DNA of 64,000 nucleotides from Squalus acanthias (GCA_030390025.1 CM059431.1:98334001-98398000); one strand, 5' to 3'. Numbered from the stretch's first letter, positions 38,480 through 51,330 are shown. Notes: generated by a model not told the origin, from the sequence alone. Numbers and translations: made by a program.

Positions 38480-39490
38480 TGTGGACGATGCATCATTGCC
38501 CATCCCTAGCTGCCCTGCGACGGTGGTAGTGGGGATTCTCCTTCAACCACTTCAATCAACGTCAGCGGTCATTGAATGGACCATGTAGTGTGTGGACTGG
38601 AGTCACGTGTAGGCCAGTGGGTAGAGCTGTAAGGATCTGTAAGGATATGGGTAGAGCTGTAAGGAGCTGTAAGGCCAGTGGGTAGAGCTGTAAGGAGCTG
38701 TAAGGATATGGGTAGAGCTGTAAGGAGCTGTAAGGCCAGTGGGTAGAGCTGTAAGGATCTGTAAGGACAGTGGGTAGAGCTGTAAGGAGCTGAGGTTAGT
38801 GGATAGAGCTGTAAGGAGCTGTAAGGATAGTGGGTAGAGCTGTAAGGAGCTGTAAGGATAGTGGGTAGAGCTGTAAGGAGCTGTAAGGCCAGTGGGTAGA
38901 GCTGTAAGGAGCTGTAAGGCCAGTGGGTAGAGCTGTAAGGCCAGTGGGTAGAGCTGTAAGGAGCTGTAAGGATAGTGGGTAGAGCTGTAAGGAGCTGTAA
39001 GGACAGTGGGTAGAGCTGTAAGGAGCTGTAAGGACAGTGGGTAGAGCTGTAAGGAGCTGTAAGGATAGTGGGTAGAGCTGTAAGGAGCTGTAAGGACAGT
39101 GGGTAGAGCTGTAAGGAGCTGTAAGGCCAGTGGGTAGAGCTGTAAGGAGCTGTAAGGCCAGTGGGTAGAGCTGTAAGGAGCTGTAAGGATAGTGGGTAGA
39201 GCTGTAAGGAGCTGTAAGGACAGTGGGTAGAGCTGTAAGGAGCTGTAAGGCCAGTGGGTAGAGCTGTAAGGAGCTGTAAGGCCAGTGGGTAGAGCTGTAA
39301 GGAGCTGTAAGGATATGGGTAGAGCTGTAAGGAGCTGTAAGGAGCTGTAAGGACCCCCTCCCTCAAGGACATTAGTGAATCTGCTGGATTTTTATCACCA
39401 TTTTTCCCTCCTCGTGCTCGACCTCAAAATTACCAGATTTATCCAATTCAGTTTCACAACTTGCCCTGGTGGAAATTTGAACTCAGAAAT
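38480..39490 (-). mobile_element. SINE family B, degenerate, with internal 31-bp array
   Basis: Flanks GGAGTCACGTGTAGGCCAG and AAGGACATTAGTGAA are near neighbours in the intact copy at 56640-56710. Confidence 0.75.
38612..39353. repeat. 31-bp minisatellite (about 24 units) with an internal duplicated 10-mer
   Basis: Unit CCAGTGGGTAG-AGCTGTAAGG-AGCTGTAAGG. Confidence 0.95.
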
Positions 39491-39814
39491 TCATTCGCTC
39501 ATAAAGGTTCAATACGGCGGGCTGCACGCGCCCGCTCATTCCGCGCCGGAAGTGCGCTGCCCGCCATATTGGATTGGGCTCCTCCACAGGCAAGCAGGGC
39601 ACGTGCTGGAAGCGTATAGAATGCTGATTATAATATTGAAATGACAGTCCTACGCTTGTTGTAGGACCCTTTCGGGAAATTGGGCTGCCCCAGCGCCGCA
39701 CTTGCTATCGGATAAACCCGCCCAGCAAATCACGGTGCTCACAGTCATCAAGGACCCGGCAGCAGCGCTATTTAAAGGGCCCATCCCCTCCAGACATTTA
39801 GTCGGACGGAATTC

Positions 39815-40040
39815 GGAGCAACCTTGCGACTTGGGTTAGTAATTGTTTGGAGGGTAGGAGGCAGAGGGAGGATAATGGAAACGTTCTCTGATTGGTGGGA
39901 TGTGAGAAGTGGTGTTCCCCAGGGATCTGTGCTGGGGCCTCCACTTTGCACCGTATACATTCATGACTTTGATGAAGGAACAGAGAGTTGCGTATCCACG
40001 ATTGCAGATGGCACTAAGCTAGGAGGCACAGTGAGCTGTG
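39815..40040 (+). mobile_element. CR1 RT internal fragment
   Basis: SGVPQGSVLGP...IADGTKLGGTV in ORF 39824-40066. Confidence 0.85.
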
Positions 40041-40550
40041 CAAGCCTCCCACTGATATATAAATAGCCATTGATTGCTTACCTATTGTTGTATACCTTCC
40101 AACTGGCTCCACTCTTTAGGATCGAGAAGCTGAACTTGGATTTGAGATTTCTGATTATAATGGAAAAGGTCATAATTCTCTCTGAGTCTGCGAAAAAGTA
40201 CATTGGAATTCTTGGAAAACGCCAGTGCTACAGATGTTTGGGAGGTGCTTCTCCAACTCAAACCTTCGGAGAGGGAATTGCAAAATAGCTCTGATGTTTA
40301 GACACGCAGGAATTGACTTCTGTAGTCAAGCTCGTCCGAGGAAAGGGCAGGAAAGTTTGACAATGTGCAGAGCGTCCCAGAGAGTGAAGGTGAATCCTAC
40401 AAATCCCCAGTGTGAGGTTAAAGATTACCTCCACTTCACACAATGTGAGAGTCCAATCAGAGCAGCCCACAGATTGCAGTCTAATCTAATCTAGAGCAAC
40501 CGGACATAGCTTCAGCTGCAATCTTCAACAAGCACCAGTGAAGACTCCTT

Positions 40551-40720
40551 GGGGTAGATCTTGACTTTGTGCGCTAGTGTAAACAGGTTGATGTTCAGCA
40601 GGCCGTTCTACATCTCTCCCCATTGACTTCAATGTCAATAAAACACAGGAGAGATGTAAAAGGGGCTGCCCATTCTCTCTCACCCGTTTTACACTAACGC
40701 GCAAAGCCAAGGTCTACCCC
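40551..40720. mobile_element. 170-bp fold-back MITE, Harbinger-type
   Basis: About 33-bp imperfect TIR GGGGTAGATCTTGACTTTGTGCGCTAGTGTAAA / TTTACACTAACGCGCAAAGCCAAGGTCTACCCC, with TSD CTT on both sides. Confidence 0.85.
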
Positions 40721-41669
40721 CTTGACTGTGTAGGATTGGAAAACATCCACCCGACAGAATGCCAGCTCCTGAATACCCAAAATAGCTGGGGCAGAATATA
40801 AAAATATCAAAAGTTATTAAAGCTCACAGCGAATACATTCATTTCATTGTCCACTTTAAATTCTTTGCTGAATCCAATTTGAGTGGATGGATAGATATAT
40901 AAAACATCATTTCAAACAGAACAAAGTGTCCTTTAAAGTTTCCGAACAGAAGCCTGCCTCATCTGAAATCTGTTTACTTGTTGACACAACGCAATGTTTT
41001 GTGCAATCGGGGACAGATCTTCAAAGTGTTCGGTTTTAGACTTTTTCTCGAGCAGGCTCACAGTTATTTTATACTTGAAGTAATTATTTTTGAGTTAAAC
41101 CTGCTGATCTTATGACAAACACGAGTCTTTGAGCAGTTTATTCCTTGGCCTTTGCTCAATGTTTCACTCACATCTGGTGAACTATAATAAACCGACAGTC
41201 CAGCCCAGATTCCTTCTCTTACCCGCAAACCGGCTTCACTAAGTTCTGTTACGCTCCTGCTCAATCCCGCTAGGAATATCGGGAAATCATGGGTAGGGTC
41301 CTCCTGCTTTTCCAATAGTGTGGAGTGTCTGTGATTTTCCAATAGATGAAATATCACCGGGAGTGGCCCTACAATCTCCTAATAGGTGCTCCTGTGGACA
41401 AGGTGCCACGTTTGAGAGAACGCATTCCTAAAATTTATCCTGCGCGCCAATTCTAACGTAGCAAAGCTCAATTTTATGGGATTTTGCAAAGCTCAGTGTC
41501 ATGTTTGTCGTTTAACACCTCTGGAATAATAGCTGCAGTTTCACTATTGTATCTCGTACATAAAAGTAACTGGACTCCCCCAAGCACCTGCTAATCTCAG
41601 AGATATCTCGGTGTGTAGGACATTGCTGGAGGCTGGGTATCACGCCACACTGACTGAGCACAACTTCAC

Positions 41670-41870
41670 ACCTAATAACCGCTCCATCACAAGACTGCCT
41701 ACTTCCACCTCTGTAATATCGCCCGTCTCCGCCCCGTCTCAGTCCACGTGCTGCTGGAACCCTCATCCATGCTTTTGTTACCTCCTAGACTCAACTATTC
41801 CAATGTTCTCCGGATCAAACTCTTACCTTGCACCCTCCATAACCTCCAGCTCATCCAAAACTCTGCTGCC
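41670..41870 (+). mobile_element. L2 RT fragment, degraded
   Basis: Parallels 10225-10415 (AAGACTGCCTACTTCCACCTC...CAGCTCATCCAAAACTCTGCTGCC). Confidence 0.8.
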
Positions 41871-41875
41871 AGTAT

Positions 41876-44526
41876 CCCGATTTACACCGCACCCGATTTA
41901 CACCGCACCCGATTTACACCCCCGATTTAAACCCCCCCGATTTACACCGCACCCGATTTACACCCCCGATTTACACCGCCCCCGATTTACACCCCCCCCG
42001 ATTTACACCGCACCCGATTTACACCCCCCGATTTACACCCCCCGATTTACACCCCCCGATTTACACCCGACCCGATTTACACCCCCCGATTTACACCGCA
42101 CCCGATTTACACACAATCGATTTACACCGCACCCGATTTACACCCCCCGATTTACACCGCACCCGATTTACACCCCCCGATTTACACCCCCGATTTACAC
42201 CCCCCGATTTACACACGCCCGATTTACACCCGGCCCGATTTACACCCCCCGATTTACACCGCACCCGATTTACACCCCCCGATTTACACCGCACCCGATT
42301 TACACCTCCCCCCGATTTACACCCCCGATTTACACCCCCCCGATTTACACCCCTCGATTTACACCCCCCGATTTACACCCCCGATTTACACCCCCGATTT
42401 ACACCCCCGATTTACACACGCCCGATTTACACCGCACCCGATTTACACCGCACCCGATTTACACCCCCCCGATTTACACCCCCGATTTACCCCCCGATTT
42501 ACACCGCACCCGATTTACACCGCACCCGATTTACACCGCACCCGATTTACACCCCCCGATTTACACCGCACCCGATTTACACCGCACCCGATTTACAACC
42601 CCCCGATTTACAACCCCCCGATTTACCCCCCCCGATTTACACCCCCCGATTTACACCGCACCAGATTTACACCCCCGATTTACACCCCCCGATTTACACC
42701 CCCCGATTTACACCCCGATTTACACCCGGCCCGATTTACAACCCCCCGATTTACACCCCCCCCCGATTTACACCCCCCCGATTTACAACCCCCCGATTTA
42801 CACCCCCCCCCCGATTTACACCCCCCCGATTTACACCCCCCGATTTACACCCCCCGATTTACACCCCCGATTTACACCCCCCGATTTACACCCCCCCGAT
42901 TTACCCCCCCCCCGATTTACACCCCCCCGATTTACACCGCACCAGATTTACACCCCCCGATTTACACCCCCCGATTTACACCCCCGATTTACACCACCCG
43001 ATTTACACCCCCCCGATTTACACCACCCGATTTACACCCCCCGATTTACACCCCCCGATTTACACACCCGATTTACACCCCCCCGATTTACACCCCCCCC
43101 GATTTACACCCCCGATTTACCCCCCCCGATTTACACACGCCCGATTTACACCCCCCCGATTTACACCCCCCGATTTACACCCCCCAATTTACACCCCCCC
43201 CCCCGATTTACACCCCCCCGATTTACACCCCCGATTTACACCCCCCCGATTTACACCCCCCCGATTTACACCCCCCCCGATTTACACCACCGATTTACAC
43301 ACCCCCCCCCGATTTACACCCACCCGATTTACACCCCCGATTTACACCCCCCCGATTTACACGTCCGATTTACACCCCCCCGATTTACATCCCCCCGATT
43401 TACACCCCCCCGATTTACACCCCCCGATTTACACCCCCCCGATTTACACCCCCCCCCCCCGATTTACACCCCCCCGATTTACACCCCCCCCCCCCGATTT
43501 ACACCCCCCCGATTTACACCCCCCCGATTTACACCCCCGATTTACACACCCCCGATTTACACCCCCCCGATTTACACCCCCCCGATTTACACCCTCCCGA
43601 TTTACACCCCCGATTTACACCCCCGATTTACACACCCCCGATTTACACCCCCCCGATTTACACCCCCCCGATTTACACCCTCCCGATTTACATCCCCCCG
43701 ATTTACACCCCCCCCCCGATTTACACCCCCCCGATTTACACCCCCCCGATTTACACCCCCGATTTACACACCCCGATTTACACCCCCCCGATTTACGCCC
43801 CCCGATTTACACCCCCCCGATTTACACCCCCCGATTTACACCCCCGATTTACACCCCCGATTTACACCCCCCGATTTACACCCCCCGATTTACACCCCCG
43901 ATTTACACCCCCCGATTTACACCCCCCGATTTACACCGCACCCGATTTACACCCCCCGATTTACACCCCCGATTTACACCCCCCGATTTACACCCCCCGA
44001 TTTACACCCCCGATTTACACCCCCCGATTTACACCCCCCGATTTACACCCCCCGATTTACACCGCCCGATTTACACCCGCCCGATTTACACCCGCCCGAT
44101 TTACACCCGCCCGATTTACACCCTCCGATTTACACCCCCGATTTACACCCGCCCGATTTACACCCCCGATTTACACCCCCCGATTTACACCCCCCCGATT
44201 TACACTCCTCCGATTTACACCCCACCTGATTTACACCCCACCTGATTTACACCCCCCGATTTACACCCCACCTGATTTACACCGCACCCGATTTACACCC
44301 CCCTGATTTACACCCCCGATTTACACCCCACCCGATTTACACCCCACCTGATTTACACCCTCGATTTACACCCCCGTTTTACACCCCCCGTTTTACACCC
44401 CCCGATTTACACCCACCTGATTTACACCCTCGATTTACACCCCCGTTTTACACCCCCCGTTTTACACCCTCGATTTACACCCCCGTTTTACACCCCTCGA
44501 TTTACACCCACCTGATTTACACCCCC
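41876..44526. repeat. C-rich minisatellite, unit mostly 13-17 bp (C)nGATTTACA, about 2.65 kb
   Basis: Near-invariant GATTTACA core separated by variable C runs or CCGCACCC. Confidence 0.97.
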
Positions 44527-45139
44527 TTGTTTTTTATCTGCCCGATGGTAAATGGAGCCAAAGGATACATAAACTCATTCAACCAAAAGTAGTTTGAACC
44601 CAACTCCAATTTAGTCCCAACTCCCTGCCCCCATTCAGCTGACCTGCCACTCTACTGGTTCTGAGAATCCGATTGCCTCTGGTACAATCTACATCAATCC
44701 TCTCAATCACTGGGCTCACCGTACTCATACTGACCCACCTGCTCACTCAGATTCAGGCTCACTCGCCTCAATGCCCCTCACTCAGTCCCCCTCTCACAGC
44801 TGGCCAACAGCTGGATTTCATCCTTGCTATCAGCGCAGCGGCTAAACAAGATATTGTTGGTAAGGGCTTTTGTAGTTCACTTTGAATTTCATCACTTTGG
44901 CCAAATGGATGCTGATAGTTTGCCAAGGCAGGTTTGCTTTGATCAATGTTTGTTTAGGGATTTCTTATAGACTCAGAGACTGTACCTAAACATGAAATAT
45001 TTGGGCCAGAGCCCATTTCATTATTCAGTCGAAAAATGAATGCAAATATATACAATTAATTCATGAATCTGTTTTTAGACATTTTGAAACATGGGTCTCT
45101 ACAAGAAAGCAGCTCTCAATCTCGCTTGACCGCAGCATG

Positions 45140-46352
45140 TTAATCCAGGCTGACACTCCCAGTAGAGTACTGAGGGAGCGCCGCACTGTCGGAGGGGCAG
45201 TACTGAGGGAGTGCCGCACTGTCGGAGGGGCAGTACTGAGGGAGCACTGCACTGTCGGAGGGGAAGTACTGAGGGAGCGCTGCACTGTCGGAGGGGCAGT
45301 ACTGAGGGAGCGCTGCACTGTCGGAGGGGCAGTACTGAGGGAGCGCTGCACTGTCGGAGGGGCAGTACTGAGGGAGCGTTGCACTGTCGGAGGGGCAGTA
45401 CTGAGGGAGTGCTGCACTGTCGGAGGGGCAGTACTGAGGGAGCGGGGCACTGTCGGAGGGGCAGTACTGAGGGAGCGCTGCACTGTCGGAGGGGCAGTAC
45501 TGAGGGAGCGCTGCACTGTCGGAGGGCAGTACTGAGGGAGCGCTGCACTGTCGGAGGGGAAGGACTGAGGGAGTGCAGCACTGTCGGAGGGGAAGTACTG
45601 ACGGAGTGCCGCACTGTCGGAGGGGCAGTACTGAGGGAGCGCCGCACTGTCAGAGGGGCAGTACTGAGGGAGTGCCGCACTGTCGGAGGGGAAGTACTGA
45701 GGGAGTGCCGCACTGTCAGAGGGGCAGTGCTGAGGGAGTGCTGCACTGTCAGAGGGGCAGTGCTGAGGGAGCGCTGCACTGTCGGAGGGGAAGTACTGAG
45801 GGAGCGCCGCACTGTCGGAGGGACAGTACTGAGGGAGTGCTGCACTGTCAGAGGGGCAGTGCTGAGGGAGCGCCGCACTGTCGGAGGGGCAGTACTGAGG
45901 GAGCGCTGCAATGTCGGAGGGGAAGTCCTGAGGGAGCGCTGCACTGTCGGAGGGGCAGTGCTGAGGGAGCGCCGCACTGTCGGAGGGGCAGTATTGAGGG
46001 AGTGCCGCACTGTCAGAGGTGCCGTCTTTCGGATGAGACGTTAAACCGAGGCCTCGTCTGCTCTCTCAGGTGGACGTAAAAGATCCCACGGCCACTATTT
46101 TGAAGAAGAGCAGGGGATTTCTCCCTGGTGTCCTGGGGCCAATATTTATCCCTCAACCAACATCAGTGAAACAGATTATCTGGTCATTATTACATTGCTG
46201 TTTGTGGGAGCTTGCTGTGCGCAATTTGACTGCCGCGTTTCCTACATTACAACAGTGACCACACTTCAAAAAGTACTTCATTGGCTGTGAAGCGCTTTAG
46301 GACTTTCTGAGGTGGTGAAAGGCGCTGTAGAAATGCGAGTCTTTTTTTCTTT
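45140..46352 (+). mobile_element. SINE family A lacking its tRNA head, with 33-bp array (45165-46019, about 26 units)
   Basis: TAATCCAGGCTGACACTCCCAGT, array, complete Deu body and tail. Confidence 0.92.
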
Positions 46353-46399
46353 TCCAACACTTCCCTTAGCCAATTACATCAAAACAGATTAACTGCTCA

Positions 46400-47040
46400 T
46401 TCATAGAACAGAGGAACAGGAGGAGGCCATTCAGCCCCTCGAGCCTGTTCCGCCATTCCACTAGATCATGGCTGATCTGTACCTCAACTGCATTTACCCG
46501 CCTTTGCTCCATATTCATTGATACCCTCGCCTTGCAAAGATCTATTAATCTCAGTGTTGAAAATATAAACTGACCCCCGGCATCCACAGCCTGTCGGGGG
46601 TGAGAGTTCCTGATTTCCATTGCCCTTTGTGTGAAAAATTGCTTTCTGATTTCACTCCTGAAACTTGAAGTTTGTGCCCCTTGTTCTGGACTCTCCCGCC
46701 AGAGGAAATAGTTTCTCTCTATCTACTTTATTGAATCCTTTTAATATTTTAAACGACTCGATTAGATCACCTCTGATTCTTCTAAACTCGAGGGAATACA
46801 AGCCTAGTCTGTGCAACCTTTCCTCATAACTTAATCCTTGGAGCCCCCGGTATCATTCTGGTGAATCTGCGTTGCACCGTCTCCAAGGTCAATATATCAG
46901 TCCTGAGGTGCGGGGCCCAGAACTGAATGCAGTTTCTCCAGAGGGGATCTAACCAGAGCTTTACACAACTAGAGCACAACTTCCACCCCTTTGTATTCCA
47001 GCCCCCTCGAGATCTGCGATTCCTTTTGATTATTTTGCGG
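46400..47040 (-). mobile_element. CR1 3' fragment
   Basis: ORF 46824-47051 (-) CIQFWAPHL...LETVQRRFTRMIP plus UTR. Confidence 0.88.
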
Positions 47041-47239
47041 TATTTGCACATTTGAAAATATTCCCATCGTGCTCACTCATCCTTCTTACAGCGAGATCTT
47101 TATTTAACTTCGAGCTTCCAAGCCAGTGGTCGGAGATATTTTCCCAGCATCTTCCCGCTGCATTCTTGTAATTGGTATTTTCTTTGGGTAATTGGTATTT
47201 TCTTTGTGCCGAGCTCGTTGTCTCTCATTTGCTAACTTG

Positions 47240-47910
47240 GCTGGGAAGTCTAGAACTAGAGGTTGCAGTCTCAATAAGGGGTCGGCCATTTAGGACTGAA
47301 ATGAGGAGGAATTTCTTCACTCAGAGGGTTGTGAATCTTTGGAATTCTCTACCTCAGAGGGCTGTGGATGCTGAGTCGTTGAGTATATTCAAGGCTGAGA
47401 TCGATAGATTTTTGGACTCATGGGGAATCAAGGGAGATGGAGATCGGGCGGGAAAGTGGAAATGAGGTCGAAGATCAGCCATGATCTGATTGAATGGCTC
47501 AAGGGGTCGAAGGGCGGAGCAGGCTCGAGGGGTTGAAGCAGGCTCAAGGGGTCGAAGGGCGGAGCAGGCTCGAGGGGTCGAAGGGCGGAGCAGGCTCGAG
47601 GGGTCGAAGGGCGGAGCAGGCTCGAGGGGTCGAAGGGCGGAGCAGGCTCGAGGGGTCGAAGGGCGGAGCAGGCTCGAGGGGTCGAAGGGCGGAGCAGGCT
47701 CGAGGGGTCGAAGGGCGGAGCAGGCTCGAGGGGTCGAAGCAGGCTCGAGGGGTCGAAGGGCGGAGCAGGCTCGAGGGGTCGAAGGGCGGAGCAGGCTCGA
47801 GGGGTCGAAGGGCAGAGCAGGCTCAAGGGGTCGAAGGGTGGAGCAGGCTCAAGGGGCCGAATGGCGGAGCAGGCTCGAGGGGCCGAATGGCCGACTCCTG
47901 CTCTTATGTA
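47240..47910 (+). mobile_element. CR1 3' fragment with 26-bp array (47492-47891, about 15 units) in the 3' UTR
   Basis: QRVVNLWNSLP. Unit GAAGGGCGGAGCAGGCTCGAGGGGTC corresponds to the UTR segment GAATGGCGGAGCAGGCTCGAGGGGCC. Confidence 0.92.
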
Positions 47911-48214
47911 TGTGGGCAGTGCCATTTTTTTCATCCTGCCCAATTTCTCATTATCATTTTATTCTTCCATATTAGGATTCAAACACAGAAAGGTCACACA
48001 CTTGCTGGTCGGCGCTTTGTAGAATCTTTGTAAGATAACTTCACTGTTTCCCACATTACAACAATGGCCACACTTCAAAAGTACTTCATTGACTGTAAAG
48101 CGCTTTGGGACGTCCGGTGGTCATGAAAGGTGCTGTAGAAATGCGAATCTTTCTTTCTCTCTGTTAGTTTCAGCTCTCCCATTCTCCTCACTTAGCAGAG
48201 AGGATGGTGAACTG

Positions 48215-48960
48215 TACCCAACAGTTTAAGGAAGGATATTAGGGCCATGGAAAGAGGATAGTGAAGATTCACTAGAACAAGATGAGGAATGAGATGGTAC
48301 AGTGATGAAAATCAGGGTTTGTCACTGGAACAGAGAATTACACAGAATATACAGCACAGAAACAGGCCATTCAGCCCAACTAGTCTGTGCCAGTGTTGAA
48401 ACTTTGCACAAGTCTCCTCCCATTCCATCATATGGGGGCTAAATTCGGTTGATTTGTGCCTCCCGTTAGCGCTCTAAGAGGGTGCTAATGGGGCGCAAAT
48501 CAACTAGCGACTGGGCGCGGTGCCGCTAACACCTCCCGCTCGGGGCGCTACCTGGGAAAATCGGCTGCAGGGGCACTATCTTTAGCGACACGGCCAAGGG
48601 GAGGCCAAGGGGGCGCTACCCAATTTTTACCCCATGACTCTATGACAAGTACGTGAGAGAAAAGGGAAGAGAAAGATACGCTGAAAGGCTGAGATGAGGC
48701 AGATGGAATGGGAGGAGACTCGTGCAAGGTTTAAACACCAGCACAGACTAGTTGGGCCGAATGGCCTGTTTCTGTGCTGTACATTCTGTGTAATTCTCTG
48801 TTCCAGTGACAGCAGGTCTTTCTCTTCCCTTTTCTCGCACGTACTTGTCTAGTTTCCTTTTGAAAGCATCTAAGCTACCACTTCCTGTGGTAGCGAGTTC
48901 CACATTCTAACCACTCTCTGAGTAAAACCATTTCTCCTTATTTCCCCTATTGGATTTATT
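48215..48960. mobile_element. Rearranged CR1 3' fragments (inverted duplication) containing a short MITE at 48434-48633
   Basis: 48321-48429 is the reverse complement of 48701-48810, and 48645-48676 of 48818-48849. The MITE left end matches the 25452 family. Confidence 0.8.
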
Positions 48961-49029
48961 GGTGATTAATAAATCCAAGATTGTTCCTACTAGTCGGTAA
49001 TAAGGAGAAATGGGCTGAGGATTCTCACT

Positions 49030-49290
49030 GGGAGAATGAAGGGGAATTGAGAAGAAATGTTTTCACACCGAGGGTTGTTGGAACAGGGAATGTTTTACCA
49101 CAAGGAGCAATTGAGGCGAAGACTGAAACATCATTTCAAGTGCAATTGAAGAAGGATTTGAAAAGGGAGAATATAAAAGGATACGAGGAACCAGCAAGGG
49201 GAATGGGATTGGGAGTAGATAGCTCCAGTTGAAGAACCAACACAGACACAGTGATGGTCTGAATGGCCCCCGACTATGCTGCAATTTCTA
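49030..49290 (+). mobile_element. CR1 3' fragment, degraded
   Basis: RRNVFTPRVVGTGNVLPQ plus UTR ending ATGGTCTGAATGGCCCC. Confidence 0.75.
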
Positions 49291-49320
49291 TCATACAAAA
49301 TCAAAGTGCATATCTCCTCA

Positions 49321-49707
49321 GGATTAGATACAGAGTAAAGCTCCCTCTACACTGTCCCATCAAACACTCCCAGGGCGGGTACAGCATGGGGTTAGAAACG
49401 GAGTAAAGCTCCCTCTACACTGTCCCATCAAACACTCCCAGGGCAGGTACAGCACGGGTTAGATACAGAGTAAAGCTCCCTGTACACTGTCCCATCAAAC
49501 ACTCCCAGGGCAGGTACAGCACAGGTTAGATACAGAGTATAGCTCCCTGTACACTGTCCCATCAAACACTCCCAGGGCAGGTACAGCACGGGTTAGATAC
49601 AGAGTAAAGCTCCCTGTACACTGTCCCATCAAACACTCCCAGGGCAGGTACAACACGGGTTAGATACAGAGTAAAGCTCCCTCTACACTGTCCCATCAAA
49701 CACTCCC
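49321..49707. repeat. 67-bp tandem repeat (about 5.7 units)
   Basis: Unit GGGTTAGATACAGAGTAAAGCTCCCTSTACACTGTCCCATCAAACACTCCCAGGGCAGGTACAGCAC. Confidence 0.95.
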
Positions 49708-49869
49708 AAAGAACTTCTGGAAAGAAAAACTATTAAAAATATTGTGTATACATGCACTTCCCATTGTTACGATTTTTGGGCACGTTTTTATAACATACAA
49801 CATTGAAACTCCCTATGTAAACATTTAGAATAGGAATTCTGGATGTAAACAGTCACTGTAACAGTATAG

Positions 49870-49898
49870 CTGCAGACTCTGGCCAGTAGGTGGCATTG
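49870..49898 (+). promoter_or_regulatory. Candidate CTCF site with upstream (U) motif
   Basis: CTGCAGACTC-TGGCCAGTAGGTGGCATTG fits the CCASYAGRKGGC core plus upstream TGCAG. Motif match only. Confidence 0.55.
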
Positions 49899-50999
49899 TG
49901 GAGCAGGTCTCTCTCAATCCTGTAACTATCTTGTGTATACTAATATTCAGCAACTTACTGTGCGTAACTCCACAGGCAATTTACTAGTTTGGGTATATTT
50001 ATTTGGCGCCTTACACTGCCTCTGAGAAACATCTCTAAGTGCTTCACACAAGTTACTTTTGAAGGGCAGTCACTGTTGTTATGCAGGACAATGTCACCGC
50101 CGATTTGCTCACAGTAAGATCCCACAAACAGTGCGAGTCCTGCGTTCAGTTCTGGGCACCGCACCTCAGCAAGGATATATTGGCCTTGGAGGGGGTGCAG
50201 CGTGCCCCTGAGGTTCGGCAGAGTTCCGCAGGTGGGAAGGGAGGGGAAGTCTGGGGAGACAGAGTCCCAGGAGGAGCGCTCCTGTGGGTGGGAGTCTGGC
50301 AGGTTTCACTGGTCGGAACGATCGGTAGAGATCAATGAGCCAGCCTTGAAATCCTCGCGGAGTGGTATCACAGTGACACCCGATTTCAACTCCCCTTCTG
50401 CCCAGCTTCCCCAGGGCGAGCGAGGTAAAATCGCCCTTCAATTGTTGCATTCTTTATTGCTGTTTTTTTTCCGGAAGTCTAGTAAATTCGGAACATTTCT
50501 AATTTTACGCTCTGCTAGGTGACCGAGTCAGACTGTAATCTCAGGTTGCATTCTTTGAATGTATTTCAAGCCGTGGAACAGTTGACAGGGTGAGGGGATG
50601 AGGCTGGATTACAGTCAAGAGTTCCTGCTATAATAGGGCCCTAAAACACAGGGGTGTGTGAGTCATTAGAAGCCCGAGATTACATTACAACTCACTCCAG
50701 TGCCAGTCAACTGCCTTTTATATAATATCCGATAATATTATTTCCAGGAGGCCAGACCAACAAAAAAAAACCAGAACAAGATTTAAAGGAACTCTTGATG
50801 ATAAATCTTGGCTTCCCACATCCCCGCCCTTTTCTCTCAGCGAGTAGGTGCTTCTCGCACCGATATTCACTAAATATCTACATTTTTACAGTGAATTTGC
50901 AGGAAGTGTTGGTCAATATTTCCACCAGGTTCCTTGCAAAGGATCAAGGTCCAAATGGGTCCATCACCCCACATTTCTGTACAGAGGAATCACTACAGC

Positions 51000-51330
51000 A
51001 GCTTGCATTTAGACAGCACCTCCGATGTCGAAAGAATATCCCAAGGTGGTCACAGAGTCGTCAGGAAAATAGACACCAAACCAAAGGGAGATATTAAGAG
51101 GGTTGGCCAAAAGCTTGGTCATAGAGCTGGGTTTTATGGATGGTCTTAAAGGAGGAGAGAGACATGGAGAGGCGGTTTTGGGATAGGAAATCCAGAGAGT
51201 GGGAGCAAGGTGGCTGAAGGGACTGCCACCAATTGTGGGGTGAAGGTAGAGTGAAATCCACAAGGGGCCCGGGTCAGAGGGAAGGGAGAGTTTGGAGAGA
51301 GGGAGCTGTCGGCCTGGGAGGGGGTTGCAA
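51000..51330 (-). mobile_element. L2 3' fragment, degraded
   Basis: TIGGSPFSHLAPTLW in ORF 51009-51263; parallels 5144-5500. Confidence 0.8.

Noticed and set aside
38569..39372. 267-aa ORF on the minus strand
   Set aside because: Translation of the 31-bp minisatellite.
39483..39815. CpG-rich patches as CpG-island promoters (also 23979-24230 and 34977-35155)
   Set aside because: They share motifs with the MITE families (for example AGCGCTATTTAAAGG, GGG-N-GAAATT ends) and are better explained as degraded MITEs with unresolved ends.
34250..41271. Scattered AG...GT-bounded mini-exon candidates on the minus strand (about 34250-34320, 36833-36859, 41225-41271)
   Set aside because: They could not be chained into a phase-consistent, recognisable protein; such matches are expected by chance.
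41611..44229. 872-aa Pro-rich (extensin-like) ORF
   Set aside because: The repeat unit has no plus-strand stop in any frame and the reading drifts among frames with C-run length, so it is a satellite artefact.
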